DNA from: Vicugna vicugna
Taxonomy: Eukaryota
Direction: 5' to 3'
DNA length: 60,000 nt
NCBI GenBank assembly: GCA_013265495.1
Contig: MU057989.1
Span: 1,505,513-1,565,512, forward strand
In this document: positions 1 to 13,768 of the stretch, piece after piece
Numbering within the stretch: position 1 is the first letter of the stretch
How the letters are laid out: each line of letters begins with the position of its first letter
Notes under the pieces: generated by a model
Databases searched by the model: none
Seen by the model: the letters and a program-made list of their open reading frames with translations, nothing else
Told to the model about the DNA's origin: nothing
Position numbers and translations under genes: made by a program

Positions 1-963
1 GGTCTTCTCCTTGTTTCGAGGGGCGGGAGCAGCTTTAGAGTAATTATGTGCCTTTAAACTGAAGGCACGTTGGGAGTGAATGCAGGGGACCCAGGGGGCG
101 CTTGCTGGGGGCAGGAAGCTGCCCCCTGCAGCCTCCCTGTTCCCCAGGGCCACTCTGTCACCTCCCCAGAAGGCCAGCTGGGCAGGTAGGAGCCCATGTA
201 AGAGCTGCCCTTCACTTTGTTAATGAAGAGTGAGGGCAGGTGGCCACCCTGCCCAGCCCCACGGTGCCCGAGGCCTGACTGACGTCCACCTGATGTCTCC
301 ACTCCCCCTTTGCTTTAACCCTAAAGCAAGGCTCAGCCTATTGACTTGATCCACTCCCAGAGCGGGCAGAACTGGTTCTGAGCAGGATGGCCATTAGATT
401 CACCCGGAGTACGTGTCAGCCCTGCGGCTGCTTGTCCCAGGCCACGGGGCTCACAGCCTGGCCGGGCCCCTGTGCCAGGCAGGGCTCCGCAGGCAGGTCC
501 TCTCCGGCCTGGATCACGGCGTTCCTGCTGGTTTCTCCCACCTCTGCCATGGCTTCGCTCCCCTCCTGCTCCTGCTGCTCCTCCCACTAACCCTCTCTCA
601 CTCTCTGCCCCAACCAGGCAGGAGTAGAAAGCCAGGTAGGGGCTGGGGTGGCTTTCTGAGTGCTCTCTTTCCCTCCGTCCTGGGCACCAACTGGGGCACT
701 TGGGCGTCCAGGGCTGCATGCTGCAGCTGATGGCCGAGGGAGCCCTGAGCAGGGGTGTCTGATGCTGCTCCGGACTTCTTGGCACCCCTTGAGGGAGGGG
801 GGTATGAGTCCCTAGAAGGCAGAGTGGACAGGACATGATCAGAGAGTAGTTCTGGGGAGTAGACCCTCCCTGGAACACAAGGCCAGTGTCTGGGGCTTTG
901 TCGCTGTGGGCAGTGGGCAGGGAGCCTGATCGGCCAGTCCCTCACCTGCGCTTGTCCCTGCAG

Positions 964-1190
964 AGCTCTGACAGCATCCCGCCCGGCTACGAGCCCATCT
1001 CCCTGCTCGAGGCGCTCAACGGCCTTCGGGCCGTCTCCCCGGCTATCCCCTCGGCCCCCCTTTATGAAGAGATCACCTACTCGGGCATCTCGGATGGCCT
1101 GTCTCAGGCCAGTTGTCCACTCGCTGGGATCGATCGGATCATGGAAAGCAGCCACCAGAAGGGCAAGCCCCGGAGCAAGTCCCCTGACAG
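964..1190 (+). CDS. MGRN1: MGRN1 exon with PSAP (TSG101-binding) motif at 1048-1059
   Basis: ctgcag|AGC...GACAG|gtgagg; 227 nt, phase 0 to 2. Confidence 0.96.
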
Positions 1191-4100
1191 GTGAGGCCAG
1201 GCCAGCATGCCCCCCGGGAAAGGTGCGTGGGACCCTCCAGGTACACATCACCCTTGTTTGTGACCCTGAGGTTGGGCCCACCTCGCTTGGTGATTACAGG
1301 GTCCTCATCACTGATCAGTGACCTTCAGGGCCACACGGTAAGGATCAGTTGTGGTCCCTTGGACACTTGGAGGTGCCTGTGACCAGCCCTGCTGTTTAGT
1401 CTTTCCTCACATGCGTGCTGGTTTTCTAGAAAAGTGTAAAGGAAGTACAGGTTCTATAAAACCAGCCACTGGCCCTGAGCCTTATACGTGTGGCAGAGAC
1501 TCCGAAAATACAAAGGGAAACAGGAGGAAACATGGGGGCCTCTCCTGCTGCTTCCCCAGCGCCCCCACCCCCAAGGCTCTACCCTTTCTCTGGAAACAGT
1601 GCCAGGTGTGGCCTGTGGGTGCAGGTGGCGGGCCTCCTGTTAACACACACACGGGGCAGGGGGTGCTGCTCCTCAGGACTGGCACACTTCCCTTGCTCCC
1701 CCAGAGCCTTGGCTTGGGTGGGGTTGGCGTGGCTCATCCACTTGTCCTCCGCCCTCTCTGTCCCCAGCACCCTGCGGTCCCCATCGTCCCCCATCCAGGA
1801 AGAGGACAACGCGGAGGCTCCGCCCCCGCCGAGTGGGGCCGGGCTGGCGCTGAGCAGCTCCCCCGAGGTGAGACCCCCACCCGCGCTCCTCCGTCCTGCG
1901 CTTGTTTCTTCTGTCCCCACTGCCCGCCCGCTGTCCTCCGGACCCCGGGCCCCGCCCCACCACTCCCTCACGAGCCTGCACCGGCTGCTGTGACTTCTGC
2001 CAGCATCGGCGTCCTCGTCTGTGGGGCGGAGCCCTGCGGAGGCTGCAGGGGGCGCCGCGGGAAGCACAGGTGGTCGGTCCTGGCCAGCGTGTCCGGGACT
2101 GGACTCACCCTGCGGCCTCCCCCGGCAGCCCAATGCCGGGCTGTCAGCTCTAGGGCTCCAGGCACGTTTTCCTTTGTTTCCTAGAGCTTCACCACAGAGG
2201 AGGTTGACGAGACTTCGTCCCTAAAGCAAGGTAAGCCCTCTCCTCCCGGGGCTCTCGTGCCCCTGCTGGGGAAGAGGCGGGGCCTCTGGGGCTCTCTGCA
2301 GGCTCCTTCAAGCTGTGCTGGCCGCCCACCTGGGGTCACACACTTCAGTTCCTACACAATCTCACAGAGAACAGCCCCTGGCCACTCCCGGTTTTCCTTC
2401 CCTACCTGTCTGTTTAGTGGTAGCAGCTCTTCTGTTTCCCACCAGGGGTGTCCTGCCCGTGCCCACACCCCATGCCCCATGCACGTCCTCCTGGCTCGGC
2501 CGCCCAGCCTGGCACAGCCAGTGGCCAGGGCGCAGGGGTGCGGCTTAGCCGGGCCGCTCTCCTGCCCGTCCCCTGTGCAAAGGGCCTTGAGCGTCTCTCC
2601 TCAGCAGAGGGCTTAGCACGTGACGGCCCCCCAGGGTCCAGTCCCAGCTGCTGCTGCTGTGCACTGGCTCTGAGAGGGGATGACCTCACCTCTGCATAGT
2701 GGGGCATGAGGTGCCTCCCAAGCCTTCCTCTGCCAGTTGGGGAGATACTGTTTCTCTGCTGTCACGGTCCTTCCTCCCTGTGCTGGGCAGTTGAGGAGGT
2801 TGAGGATCAGGGTTGGTGTCAGCAGAGGCCAAAGGTCCCTTCCCTGAGAGTCAGAGCCAGGAGGTGGCCACAGTGTGGTCAAGGCCCCCAGAGCAACCTG
2901 CAGCTGCTCTGTGGCTGTGACCTTCTCCCTGCCAGTGGCCCCTGCGCTGCCTGCAGGTGTGGGCGGGACCTTGGGCCTGGGTGTGAGTGTGGGCGCCTGG
3001 GGCAGGGTGCCCACCCAGGTTGGGGTCTGCTCTGGGAACACAGTGCTGTTGCTTCCTGCCCAGCATGCAGGGCAGGTCCCTCTGCCTCTCAGGCCTCAGC
3101 TCCTTCACCTGCAGCCGAAGCTCCTTCCCTCCTGCACGTAGTGCATACTGGGACGGAGGGTCTGGGCCCCTCTTCTGCCCAAAGGGATGCCCCACGAAGA
3201 CAGTGCAGGTCCCGGCTGAGAACTGATGTGTGAGGGAGAGCAGCCGCATATGTCAGGCCCCCTGCTGCAGGCGTGGGGGCCAGAGGGCTGTGCACCCCAC
3301 CTGCTCATCCAGGGAAATAGAAGACAGTTAAATCTGTAACCGTTCCGTGTTGTCTTTTAAACAAGGGTATGTGACTTTTTTTTTTTATAATAAAAACAAA
3401 ACAGCCCCATGCTGAGAGGCAGGAGAGAAAGGAAAGAAGAAGAAAACAGAACATCTGTCTCTGGGTCCCGGGAGAGCAGAGGGGTGATGGTGCAGTCCGG
3501 GCCCCAGTGGCTCGGTCCCTGACTGCCCCCTCCTCTGCAGGGAGCCGAGTGCCGTCCATTGAGAACGTCCTGCAGGATGGCAGCCCTGAGCCCTGCAGCC
3601 GTGGCCAGCCAGGCACACCTGCCGACATCTACCTGCCAGGTGACAGCATTGGCCCATGGTGTCGGGGGACGTGCAGTGGCTCAGCTGTCCCCATGGCACT
3701 GGGGACCTGCTGTCTGCTTAGGGAGGGGCTGGCCCATGGGGAGCCCCCTCCCTCTCCCTGTCTCTGATCCTATGCTCCTTCCGTTGACCTGCAAAGCACG
3801 GCCAGGCCAGGGTTCCATAGTCACCTTGCAGCCCCTGGCTCTTGGGGGCAGCACTTGGCTGAGACCCCTTTTCACCCCGAAACCAGCTCAGCCTTGGGAA
3901 GGCGGAAGAGGCTTCTTGTTTAAAGCCAGGCAGGCAGATCTGGTCCCACTGCATCGCTATCTTTCTTCACCTGTGGGCTGTGCCCGGTGCCCCAGCAGCA
4001 GGGCCTCTGCCACAGGCAGCTGCAGACAGAAACCTGCCTGTCCGCCCCAGGTTTGACAAGGGCCACTATCCTCCACCACTGGCTGGGGGAGCTGACAGGC

Positions 4101-7100
4101 TTCATGGTCCCCAGGGAAGGCAGCACGTCTGGGCCAGGGTGCAGGACACAGGCCAGGGCACGAGGTGTGAGCAAGGCTCAAGGGCATGCAGGGCCTCCTC
4201 TTCCAGGCCTCTGCTCAGGGCCTTGTGGCCTCAGCTCTGCTCTCTGTTCCTCTGGGTCAAGATCCTCAGTTTTAGGGCCTGGGCCCCAAAGACGGGGGAC
4301 AGGCATTGGGGGCTCTCAGACATTTGTGCCCGGCACCTGCTGTAACATCCCATGAGGTTCTGTAATCAAGATAAAAAGCCACGTTGCCCTCAGAGAGCCT
4401 GGCTCCTACCTTGTGACTGGGAGGCCCCTTCTCACCCCTGATCGGCCCCAGGAGCCACCATTGCCTGGTCCCCTGGTCTGGGCTTGAGAGGCTGTGACAT
4501 GCTTTGGTCTGAAAGGGCCTCTTGTCCCTGGGCTTCTGGATGAGCAGTGGCCTGTGCAGACAGAGGGTCCAGTCAGAGGACGGGGGGTTACCAGGTGTGA
4601 GAAGGGAGGGCAGAGATTGGGTCACTGACATACAAGAGCCTATCCAAAGGAACCTATGGTGAAAGCTGTGTCTGGGACCTTAGGGAAACACAGAATTCCA
4701 GCAAGTTCTTTCAGAGGACTTATTATTGCATTATGATGAAAACCTGGGTGGGAGCAGAGGATCAGAAGAAGGATTCAGCTTCCTGGAGCCACAGGTGTGA
4801 GCCCTGCTCCTGCAGGGCGGCCCCTGGGTGCGGCAAGGGGCACCCTGACCCCACACAGCCTCTTTAGGGCCACCTGCACCCCTCAGCCCTCTAGTGGCCC
4901 GCGGAGCATTCAGGTGTCAGCAGGTCAGGACAGGCCACAACCAACTGGCCCAGCCCACAGGTGAGACCAGCACCTCTGGCTCTGCCCCCAGGCGGGTGTC
5001 TTGGGCTTCCTTTAGCGCCGCACTGGGAGCCGAGACAGTTGGCTGTGGAGGTGGTAGAGGAGAGGCCGCAGGGGCCGAAGGCCGGCCGTGGGGCCTGATG
5101 GGACGGCAAGGTCGGGTGCTGTCATGGCTCCTGGGCTCGGCGCCGGCTCAGCGCGCTGCCCACTCTGCAGGGTGGGGCTCATTCTTGATGTCAGAGCAGA
5201 GAGGAGGCTGTGCCGTTCCATCCTGCATCCGCTCCCCACGAGCATAGCTGCTCAGCACCTGGGGCCGGGCAGGGGTCCTCATGGTCAGGCTCACCTCTTG
5301 AGTCACCCACGCCCACACTGGCGCCCTCTGTTCTCCTGCCTTTCTCCCTTAGCGGGAACCCTGCACATCTCCACGTCTGTGTGTGTGTTTCAGAATGGGG
5401 GGACACACTCGGTCTCCACAATTGCACAGCGCCCCCTGGTGGATGGAGCATAATTAGTAAAGCTACTGTCCCCTGTGGATGGGAAAAAAGGAGGTGGGAG
5501 GAAATCCATAGAACGGTGAAATCCTTAGATGCGTGGCATCCCAGCAACCTTGAGGGTGGCAGCCCTTCCCGAACCTCACCCTCCCCCGGGTTCTGCCGGC
5601 CCCAACACGTCCCACCCTGGGCTGAGTTCCTCTGCATAGCACTGAGCCCAGTGCTGTTTCTCAGATGTTTTCGGCGTGTCTTTTTTTCCGTGTCAGCACA
5701 TCTGTTTGTGCGGGCATTTGTTTCCACTGTGTCCTGCCCACCCCCAGCCCAGCACTTTGTCCTAAAGCCGGTGCCTCTGCCCTGGAATGTGCTGGCCCCT
5801 TCGAGCGCTTTGCTAACTGAGCTTCCGTCTCTCTCCTCCTCTGCACAGCCCTGGGGCCCGGCTCCTGTTCTGGTGGTTTAGAGGAGTAAGCTGGTACGTG
5901 ATGCCTTCACACGAGTGGCGGGGGCTCTGCGGGCGGCCTCTGCAGGATGCCAGAGAGAGGACCCCAGCCGCTCTCCCTCTCCTGCTCCCGCTGGGGTCTC
6001 CTTCCCATTTTCCGGGCTCCTTCCACATCCATGTCTTCTCCGGGCCCTGGATTCTGAATTCAGAGCTCTCCAGACACCGCTGCTGAGGTCCCCTGAGAGG
6101 TGGTCTTGGGGGTCCGATGTAGGCTTTTAGACCCAGAGGATACTCCGTCTGGACCAGGTGACCCAGTCAGGCTCTTGTAGCCTCGAGGGTCCCCAGGATC
6201 AGTGATTCAGCCCCCAGCTGAGACCCTGCTGTGGCTGACAACTAACCTGTCCCTCCACCTACCTCTGGAACCTTCTGGAACCCCAGCACATTCTGATGTC
6301 TGTGAGGTGGTCTTATGAGGTTGTCTCCCCACCTGACAGGGAGGTGCCCTCTCCCCAGGCAACCCAAACACGTTTTTACAGGAGGCAGTCCCGAGAGTAC
6401 CACCGGAATAGGCAGATGTGTCGGGGACCCCCACCCCTCCTTCAGGTGACATCAGCCCCTCCAGGAAGTCTGGTGATGAGAACCTGGTGCCTTGGTGGCC
6501 ACACAGGCCTTGTCTTCCTTGAACCTTTCTTGTGACGAAGCTAACCCTCTACTGAAGTAGGACCCAGCACTGTTACAAGGGTGGTCCCAGCCTCAGCCAT
6601 GGGAGATGCTGAGTTTTGCCATTTATGTAAAACTTCCAGAAATAGGGAGCAGGTCTGATTCAGCCACTGAGAACTGCATGGCAGAGCCGGCTTCCCGTGA
6701 AGAGACCCTTCACAGAGTCGCCAAGTGTCCGTCACAGGCTGTGGGGGGCTGCTTGGTTTGCCATTTGAAGCTGCCCTGGAGCCCTGCGTGCAGGTGGTGG
6801 GCGGCCCTGGAGGTGTGCCGCTCCCCCTGCTCCCTCCCCGCTCCACCAGGGACCGGCCCCTCCCAGCACCCTGTGAGTGCCGCATGGAGTTGACAGGAAA
6901 GGCCTCTGAGGAGGGCAGGCTGGGGCCCCTGCTGGGTGCACCCAGGTCCCAGCCGCTCCCCTCTGCCTGCGTTGGCTGAGTTCCAGCCCCTATTCCAGGG
7001 GTAAAATCGCTACAGAACCGCAGCTGGTCAGAGCCCAGGAGCATGAGTGCCAGCAGCCCCAGGCACCCCATTGCCTTCAGTTCCAGGGCTGTGGTTCTGT

Positions 7101-7369
7101 TGCTGGCACCCAGGGGTGATCTGCTTTAAGACGGACAGGCTGGCTCACTCTGGCCACATGGCAGGGCTGCTGGTGGGAACCCAGAGCCTGGCGGTAAAGG
7201 GAACAGTGAGGCCAGACAGTTAAGCCAAACATGACCCTCTCTCTCTCCCATTGCAGGATGGTCCACCTCCATGGAGACGCCCCGCAGCCTCCACGCCACT
7301 GGGCCCCCTCGGCCTCCACTTGGTGGCCCCAGTCCTGACCCCAGGGCCACTGAGCTGACCCCACTCTGA
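964..7369 (+). CDS. MGRN1: E3 ubiquitin ligase MGRN1 (mahogunin), 3' part; join(964-1190,1768-1867,2185-2230,3541-3639, then 5849-5889 or 7257-7369)
   Basis: Spliced translation SSDSIPPGYEPISLLEALNGLRAVSPAIPSAPLYEE...SIENVLQD...ADIYLP matches the recalled MGRN1 C-terminal half. All junctions are GT-AG with consistent phases. 5' exons lie outside the window. Confidence 0.96.
1768..1867 (+). CDS. MGRN1: MGRN1 exon (STLRSPSSPIQEED...SSSPE)
   Basis: ccccag|C...GAG|gtgaga; 100 nt, phase 2 to 0. Confidence 0.93.
2185..2230 (+). CDS. MGRN1: MGRN1 exon (SFTTEEVDETSSLKQ)
   Basis: ttcctag|AGC...CAAG|gtaagc; 46 nt, phase 0 to 1. Confidence 0.92.
3541..3639 (+). CDS. MGRN1: MGRN1 exon (GSRVPSIENVLQD...ADIYLP)
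   Basis: ctgcag|GG...CCAG|gtgaca; 99 nt, phase 1 to 1. Confidence 0.93.
5849..5889 (+). CDS. MGRN1: MGRN1 alternative short C-terminus (ALGPGSCSGGLEE*)
   Basis: Pyrimidine tract plus cacag|CC; resembles the recalled short-isoform tail ALGPDSCSVGIDE; TAA at 5887-5889. Confidence 0.85.
7257..7369 (+). CDS. MGRN1: MGRN1 alternative long C-terminus (GWSTSMETPR...GGPSPDPRATELTPL*)
   Basis: ttgcag|GA; resembles the recalled long-isoform tail ending ELTPL; TGA at 7367-7369. Confidence 0.9.
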
Positions 7370-8557
7370 GAGCCTGGCCAGGCTGGCAGCATGGAGCCCT
7401 CAGCTCCTCAGACTTTGCCAAGAGGTTGCCCGGACTCCAGGGTGACCTCTGGCCTCTCCTGTCTGCACGCCCTGCATGGTCACTGGCTCCAAGGGGCCAC
7501 GTGACCCTTGATTGAAGAGCACAGTTGACTGTCCCCTCTGACAACCCCCGTTTTCTACGGTTGACATGTTTGTAAATGGTACAAGATGAAGGACGGTGGT
7601 TTCCTGTCCCGGGAGCTGAGCGCGCCAGGATCTCTCCCCAAATGTCCTGCCCACATGCAGCCTGGATGAGCCTCACCCAGCCCGGGGGGTAGATGCTCAA
7701 GAACTCAGCAAACCTGAGAGTTTATTGGCAGGTGAAGTGCTATCTTCCCAGGCAGTGCCGGGGTCGGGGGGCCTTGTGGGAGGGAAGGAAGTGGGGTCCG
7801 AGTCTCAGTCAATGAAGGAAATAGTGCCTGTCCCCTCCCCATGTGCTCGGACTCCCTCCCTCTCCCCCCTCCCCCCTCCCAGCCCAGCACCCTGCCAGGC
7901 CAAGAGGCAGCGAGGCAGGTGGGGTCTGGCTGTTGTCAGCGGTTGTGTCCAGGGGCCCCTCTCTGAGCCCCACACCTTCTCAGAGGCAGCTTTGCCCATA
8001 TTGGACCCTTGGGGTGGGGGGCCCCACTTGGCGCTGCTGCCCACCTGCCCACCCGCCTCAGGAGGGCCTGAGTGGCTCTCAGCTCCCTCTCTAACGGCAC
8101 TTCACATTTCTCTCTGATGTGTTCTGTTTGGGGTTTCTGCATTCTGACCTGCCTGGGGACAAGGGTCCCATCCGTGTTTTTTTTTTTTTTTAAGATAAAC
8201 CTTCTGGGCAGCAGAAGGGCAGGGGGGACACTTGGCCCTGATGCCCCCAGGCGAGAGTGGCCCCAGGAGGACCTTGAGCCCGGTGGGTGGGTCTGCAGCT
8301 CCTGGGGTGCGACCGCTTTCCTGGCAGGAGGGAGACGGGCCCACTTCCCAAGGAGCTGCCCTGGGCAAGACGGTTCTGGGGTGGCCAGCAGCACAGCCGG
8401 AGGCCCGTTGAGTGGGAGACTCGGGGGTGGACGACTCCTCTTCTCTCCAGTTGAGCCTGTGAGCAGAGGCCACACTCGGGGCAGCCTGCCCTGGCTGCTG
8501 GCTCCCTGCCTCCCCTCCCTTCCCACCCACCATGTGTCCCTGGGTGCACGGGTGCCA

Positions 8558-8616
8558 GTGCACGCACACGTGCGCGTGTACACACACACACACGTGCGCG
8601 CGCGCACACACACACG
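8558..8616. repeat. Compound (CA)/(CG)/(TG) alternating purine-pyrimidine tract in MGRN1 3' UTR
   Basis: 59 nt of unbroken RY alternation read directly. Confidence 0.95.
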
Positions 8617-8799
8617 GTGACCACTTCCCTCTCCTCACCCCTCCATAGCAGCCAATGCCCTGGCCTCTCACTAACGGTATTGGTGCCAGTAACTCTGAAG
8701 GACGGGACGCAGACTGGCCTGTCTTGGACTTACATGTGCTATCATTTGATGTACTCTGATTGGCTAGTTTTTGTTCGTTTTTAACTGTATATTTATAGT

Positions 8800-8805
8800 A
8801 ATAAA
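8800..8805 (+). terminator. MGRN1 polyadenylation signal AATAAA
   Basis: AATAAA preceded by a U-rich/TGTA stretch about 1.4 kb after the last stop codon. Confidence 0.8.
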
Positions 8806-10390
8806 ATCATGCAGCAATACCCTGTCCAATCCTTCGTCTGTGCATAGCACCACAAGACCGAGGCTGCTTCTTGGTTGGGAGGCAGGACAGCTGAGTGGTG
8901 GCGGCTCTGACACCCTCATGGCAGTGCACGCGCCCCCTTGTGGCTGTAGCCTCCGTTACCTCGCATGTAAGATGTCGGTGACCCACGACTTCCAGCAAGG
9001 CGTGAGGACTGCTGGTTATTACTCTTGTGGTCATTGTCATGATGTTCATTGTTGGGTTGGAGCAAAAGGGAGGCACCCTTGGGACTTGACTGTGTGTCCT
9101 GAGCAGGTGGGAGAGCCCCGGGCCTCCAGGTGTGTGAGTCGCTGCAGCCACATCACCTGCATCCCACTGCTGTAAACTGAGTGCCTGCTGTGCCTGCAGA
9201 AGGCAAAATGGGCAAGGCGCCTGGGTGTCCTGGTCAGTGAGACACCACACAGGTAATCCAAGTCTCCCCAGGTCTCGTTACTGTTAAGAAGAGTCAGCAG
9301 GTAATGAGACAAAGTTAATTTAACCTGTGGTTGGGGAGGGCTTCTCTGAGACTTTTTGGTTGAGCCCTGAAGGATGCTAAGGAGCTGGCCCAGCAAGTGC
9401 AAAGGCCCAGAAGCAGGAGTGGGCCTAGTGTGTCCACCAAGTAGCTGAAGCATCAAGAGTCGGAGGTGGTGGGGTGGAGACACCCTGTGGGGGCAGGCAG
9501 AGTTTTAGTCTAGGAACAATCACAGGTTTCCAAGCAAAGGAGCAACTTTCTCCAGCTGTCACGTGAGGAACGGATTGGCAGGACAGGACAGGTTTGGCTG
9601 CCAGGATGCTGGAGCCCAGCCAGGGCCCTCTGCTTGGCCTGAGCTCCCCTGCCTGGTGAGTAGGGAAAGGCTGGCGCCCAGAATGCCCACTGCAGCACTG
9701 TTCGAACCACTGCTGGCCAGCGGGGCCCCTAGCTCTGTGGTAGACATCGTTTCAAGCAGCCTCCTTCGGTTCCCCCAATGCAGGCACTTAAGGGTGGAGC
9801 CAGTGTTCTAAGCCAACTTGTCCTACGTCAGGGAAGGCCTGCCATCCTCGCTGGTGCCTGGGTCTGGCATGTCCCAGTGTGGGAGAAGGGCGTTTAGTGC
9901 CACATGGGTTCTTGCATGGGCTACACTGGCTCTTCCTCCTCACTGTCCCCAAATGACCCAGCTCCCTTATTAATAATGTCTGTGAGCTGGAGGCAGGGTC
10001 CTTTCTGAATGAACCCTTCCCCTTGGTGACCTCCCCGGAATTCTGGCTTCTGGCAACCTGCCAGCTGTGGTTGCCCCAACTGAGCCCTGACCCCTGGCAG
10101 AGAGCCAGGTGGGGGAAAGGCTACCTCTGGGTCCTTACTCCCCGTGGACAGAACATTGACTTTCCTGATAGAGCACCACCTTGGACCCGTAAGTGAGCTT
10201 CTGGCAGATCCTACCAACCCTTGCCTGCCTTCTGCCCCTCTCGCCTCCTGCTCGGTCCCACTTAGGGCACCGTTCCCTGTGCCACAGAGCTTACCCTCAC
10301 AGCACCACTCTCCCAAGGGGCTGGTGCATGAGTGGCACCAGAACAGGATTCAGGGAGCAGCCGCACTACTCTCCCTCGGACAGTTTCTGA

Positions 10391-12354
<1,964 letters not shown>

Positions 12355-13516
12355 GGTTGCGCTGTGCGTCCTGTCGTCCTCCCTCTGCTTGTTCCCAAGG
12401 GCTGAGGCTGGGCCCTCACTTCCAGTGGGAGTGTATCTTCCATCATGTTTCTGTGTTTGCCCCATTCTGTGTGGGGGAGTGTGCATCCTGTCACCTCCAC
12501 TGACCTGAGCAGTTACTGGGTGGTGGCCTGGGTGCGCCCACTCAAACTCTCCTTTCATCATGGGCTGTGGAGCCCCGGGTATGGCCCGATTGCCCAAGGG
12601 GATAAGTGCACAGGCACTTGGACCCTTGAGAAGCTGGTCTGTTTTCACAGTAGACTTGGTTCTAGCAGAGGGCAGCTCTGGGTTGACTCCTTCCTGCATC
12701 CTGCCCCAAGTCAGCCCCAGGGCCTGGAGAAGAGCCGGCCTCGGGTAGGATGTTACACTGTGATTTTTTTTTTTCACAGACTGTGAATTTTGGTTGTTAG
12801 CGTCACTTGCAGCAAAACTTTAAAGCAGCTTTACTCCCTTGGGTTTGATCCCTGAGGACAGTCGGGACCCAGCTGGAGCTGGAGCTGCTGGAGGAAGGAG
12901 CTGCTGAAGTCAATCTTCGGCTGCTCTGTGTGTTCTTTGGTCCTGGCTGCAGGCTGAGGGCTGAGTGCAGGAGGGTGTCCCCTTCCCCACTACCCAGTGA
13001 TCTGCAGGCAGGGGCTGGCCCAAGACTGGGGCTTGGACACCATTCAGAGTGGCGCTAAGGCAGGCCTGTCCCAGGTGGGGGTGCTGGACACCTCCCTGTG
13101 TTTACTGTGGCGCTACCAGCCATGAGTCTCTCTGGGACTGACCATGCAAGGCCCCTCTCCTGATCCCAGGAGCTCTGGTGGTACCTGGGCTGAGCCCGCT
13201 GCTCTTTCCTTTGCTTTGAAAGCCTCCCTTTTTCCATCTTCAGCACAGTCTGCAGGCAGCTCTGGGAGGTAGTCTGGAAGCACTGGCCGAGTGTGTGGAA
13301 TGACAGCATAAGAGCCACGTGGGACAGGAAGGTCACCACTGGCAGTCTCCTACAGCCTTATGTCTGGAAAGACTCCTCAGTGAATCTACCAGTTTCCACA
13401 GTGCCAACCTGGCCTGGTAAGGAAAGCAATGCTCTCAGCCCCGCCCGGGCGTCTGTCCCACCTTAGAGTCTTGATGAAGCGGCCGGCACTTGTGGGCAAA
13501 AACACTTCGCTCTGTA

Positions 13517-13522
13517 AATAAA
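13517..13522 (+). terminator. Candidate NUDT16L1 polyadenylation signal AATAAA
   Basis: First AATAAA I found downstream of the NUDT16L1 stop, preceded by TGTA. Confidence 0.55.
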
Positions 13523-13762
13523 ACATCTGTACCTTTCGCCTATATTTTCTGAGGCATGCTTTGCTCTCTGGGTAGCTCTGTAGAATTGTGGGGTGCTCTG
13601 AGCTGCAGGGGATGGATGTGTGGGGCAGCAAGGGTCCCCAGTTGGTCCTGCTGTCAGTGTTCTGGGGTGAGGGCCCTGGCACGGGTCTCCTTGCAGTGGT
13701 CTATCAGCCAGTACTGGAGGCCACGTGACCAGAAATGAACCTCTCACCAGCCAATCTTAAAT

Positions 13763-13768
13763 TTTATT
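13763..13768 (-). terminator. ANKS3 polyadenylation signal AATAAA
   Basis: TTTATT on the + strand about 440 nt beyond the ANKS3 stop. Confidence 0.75.
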
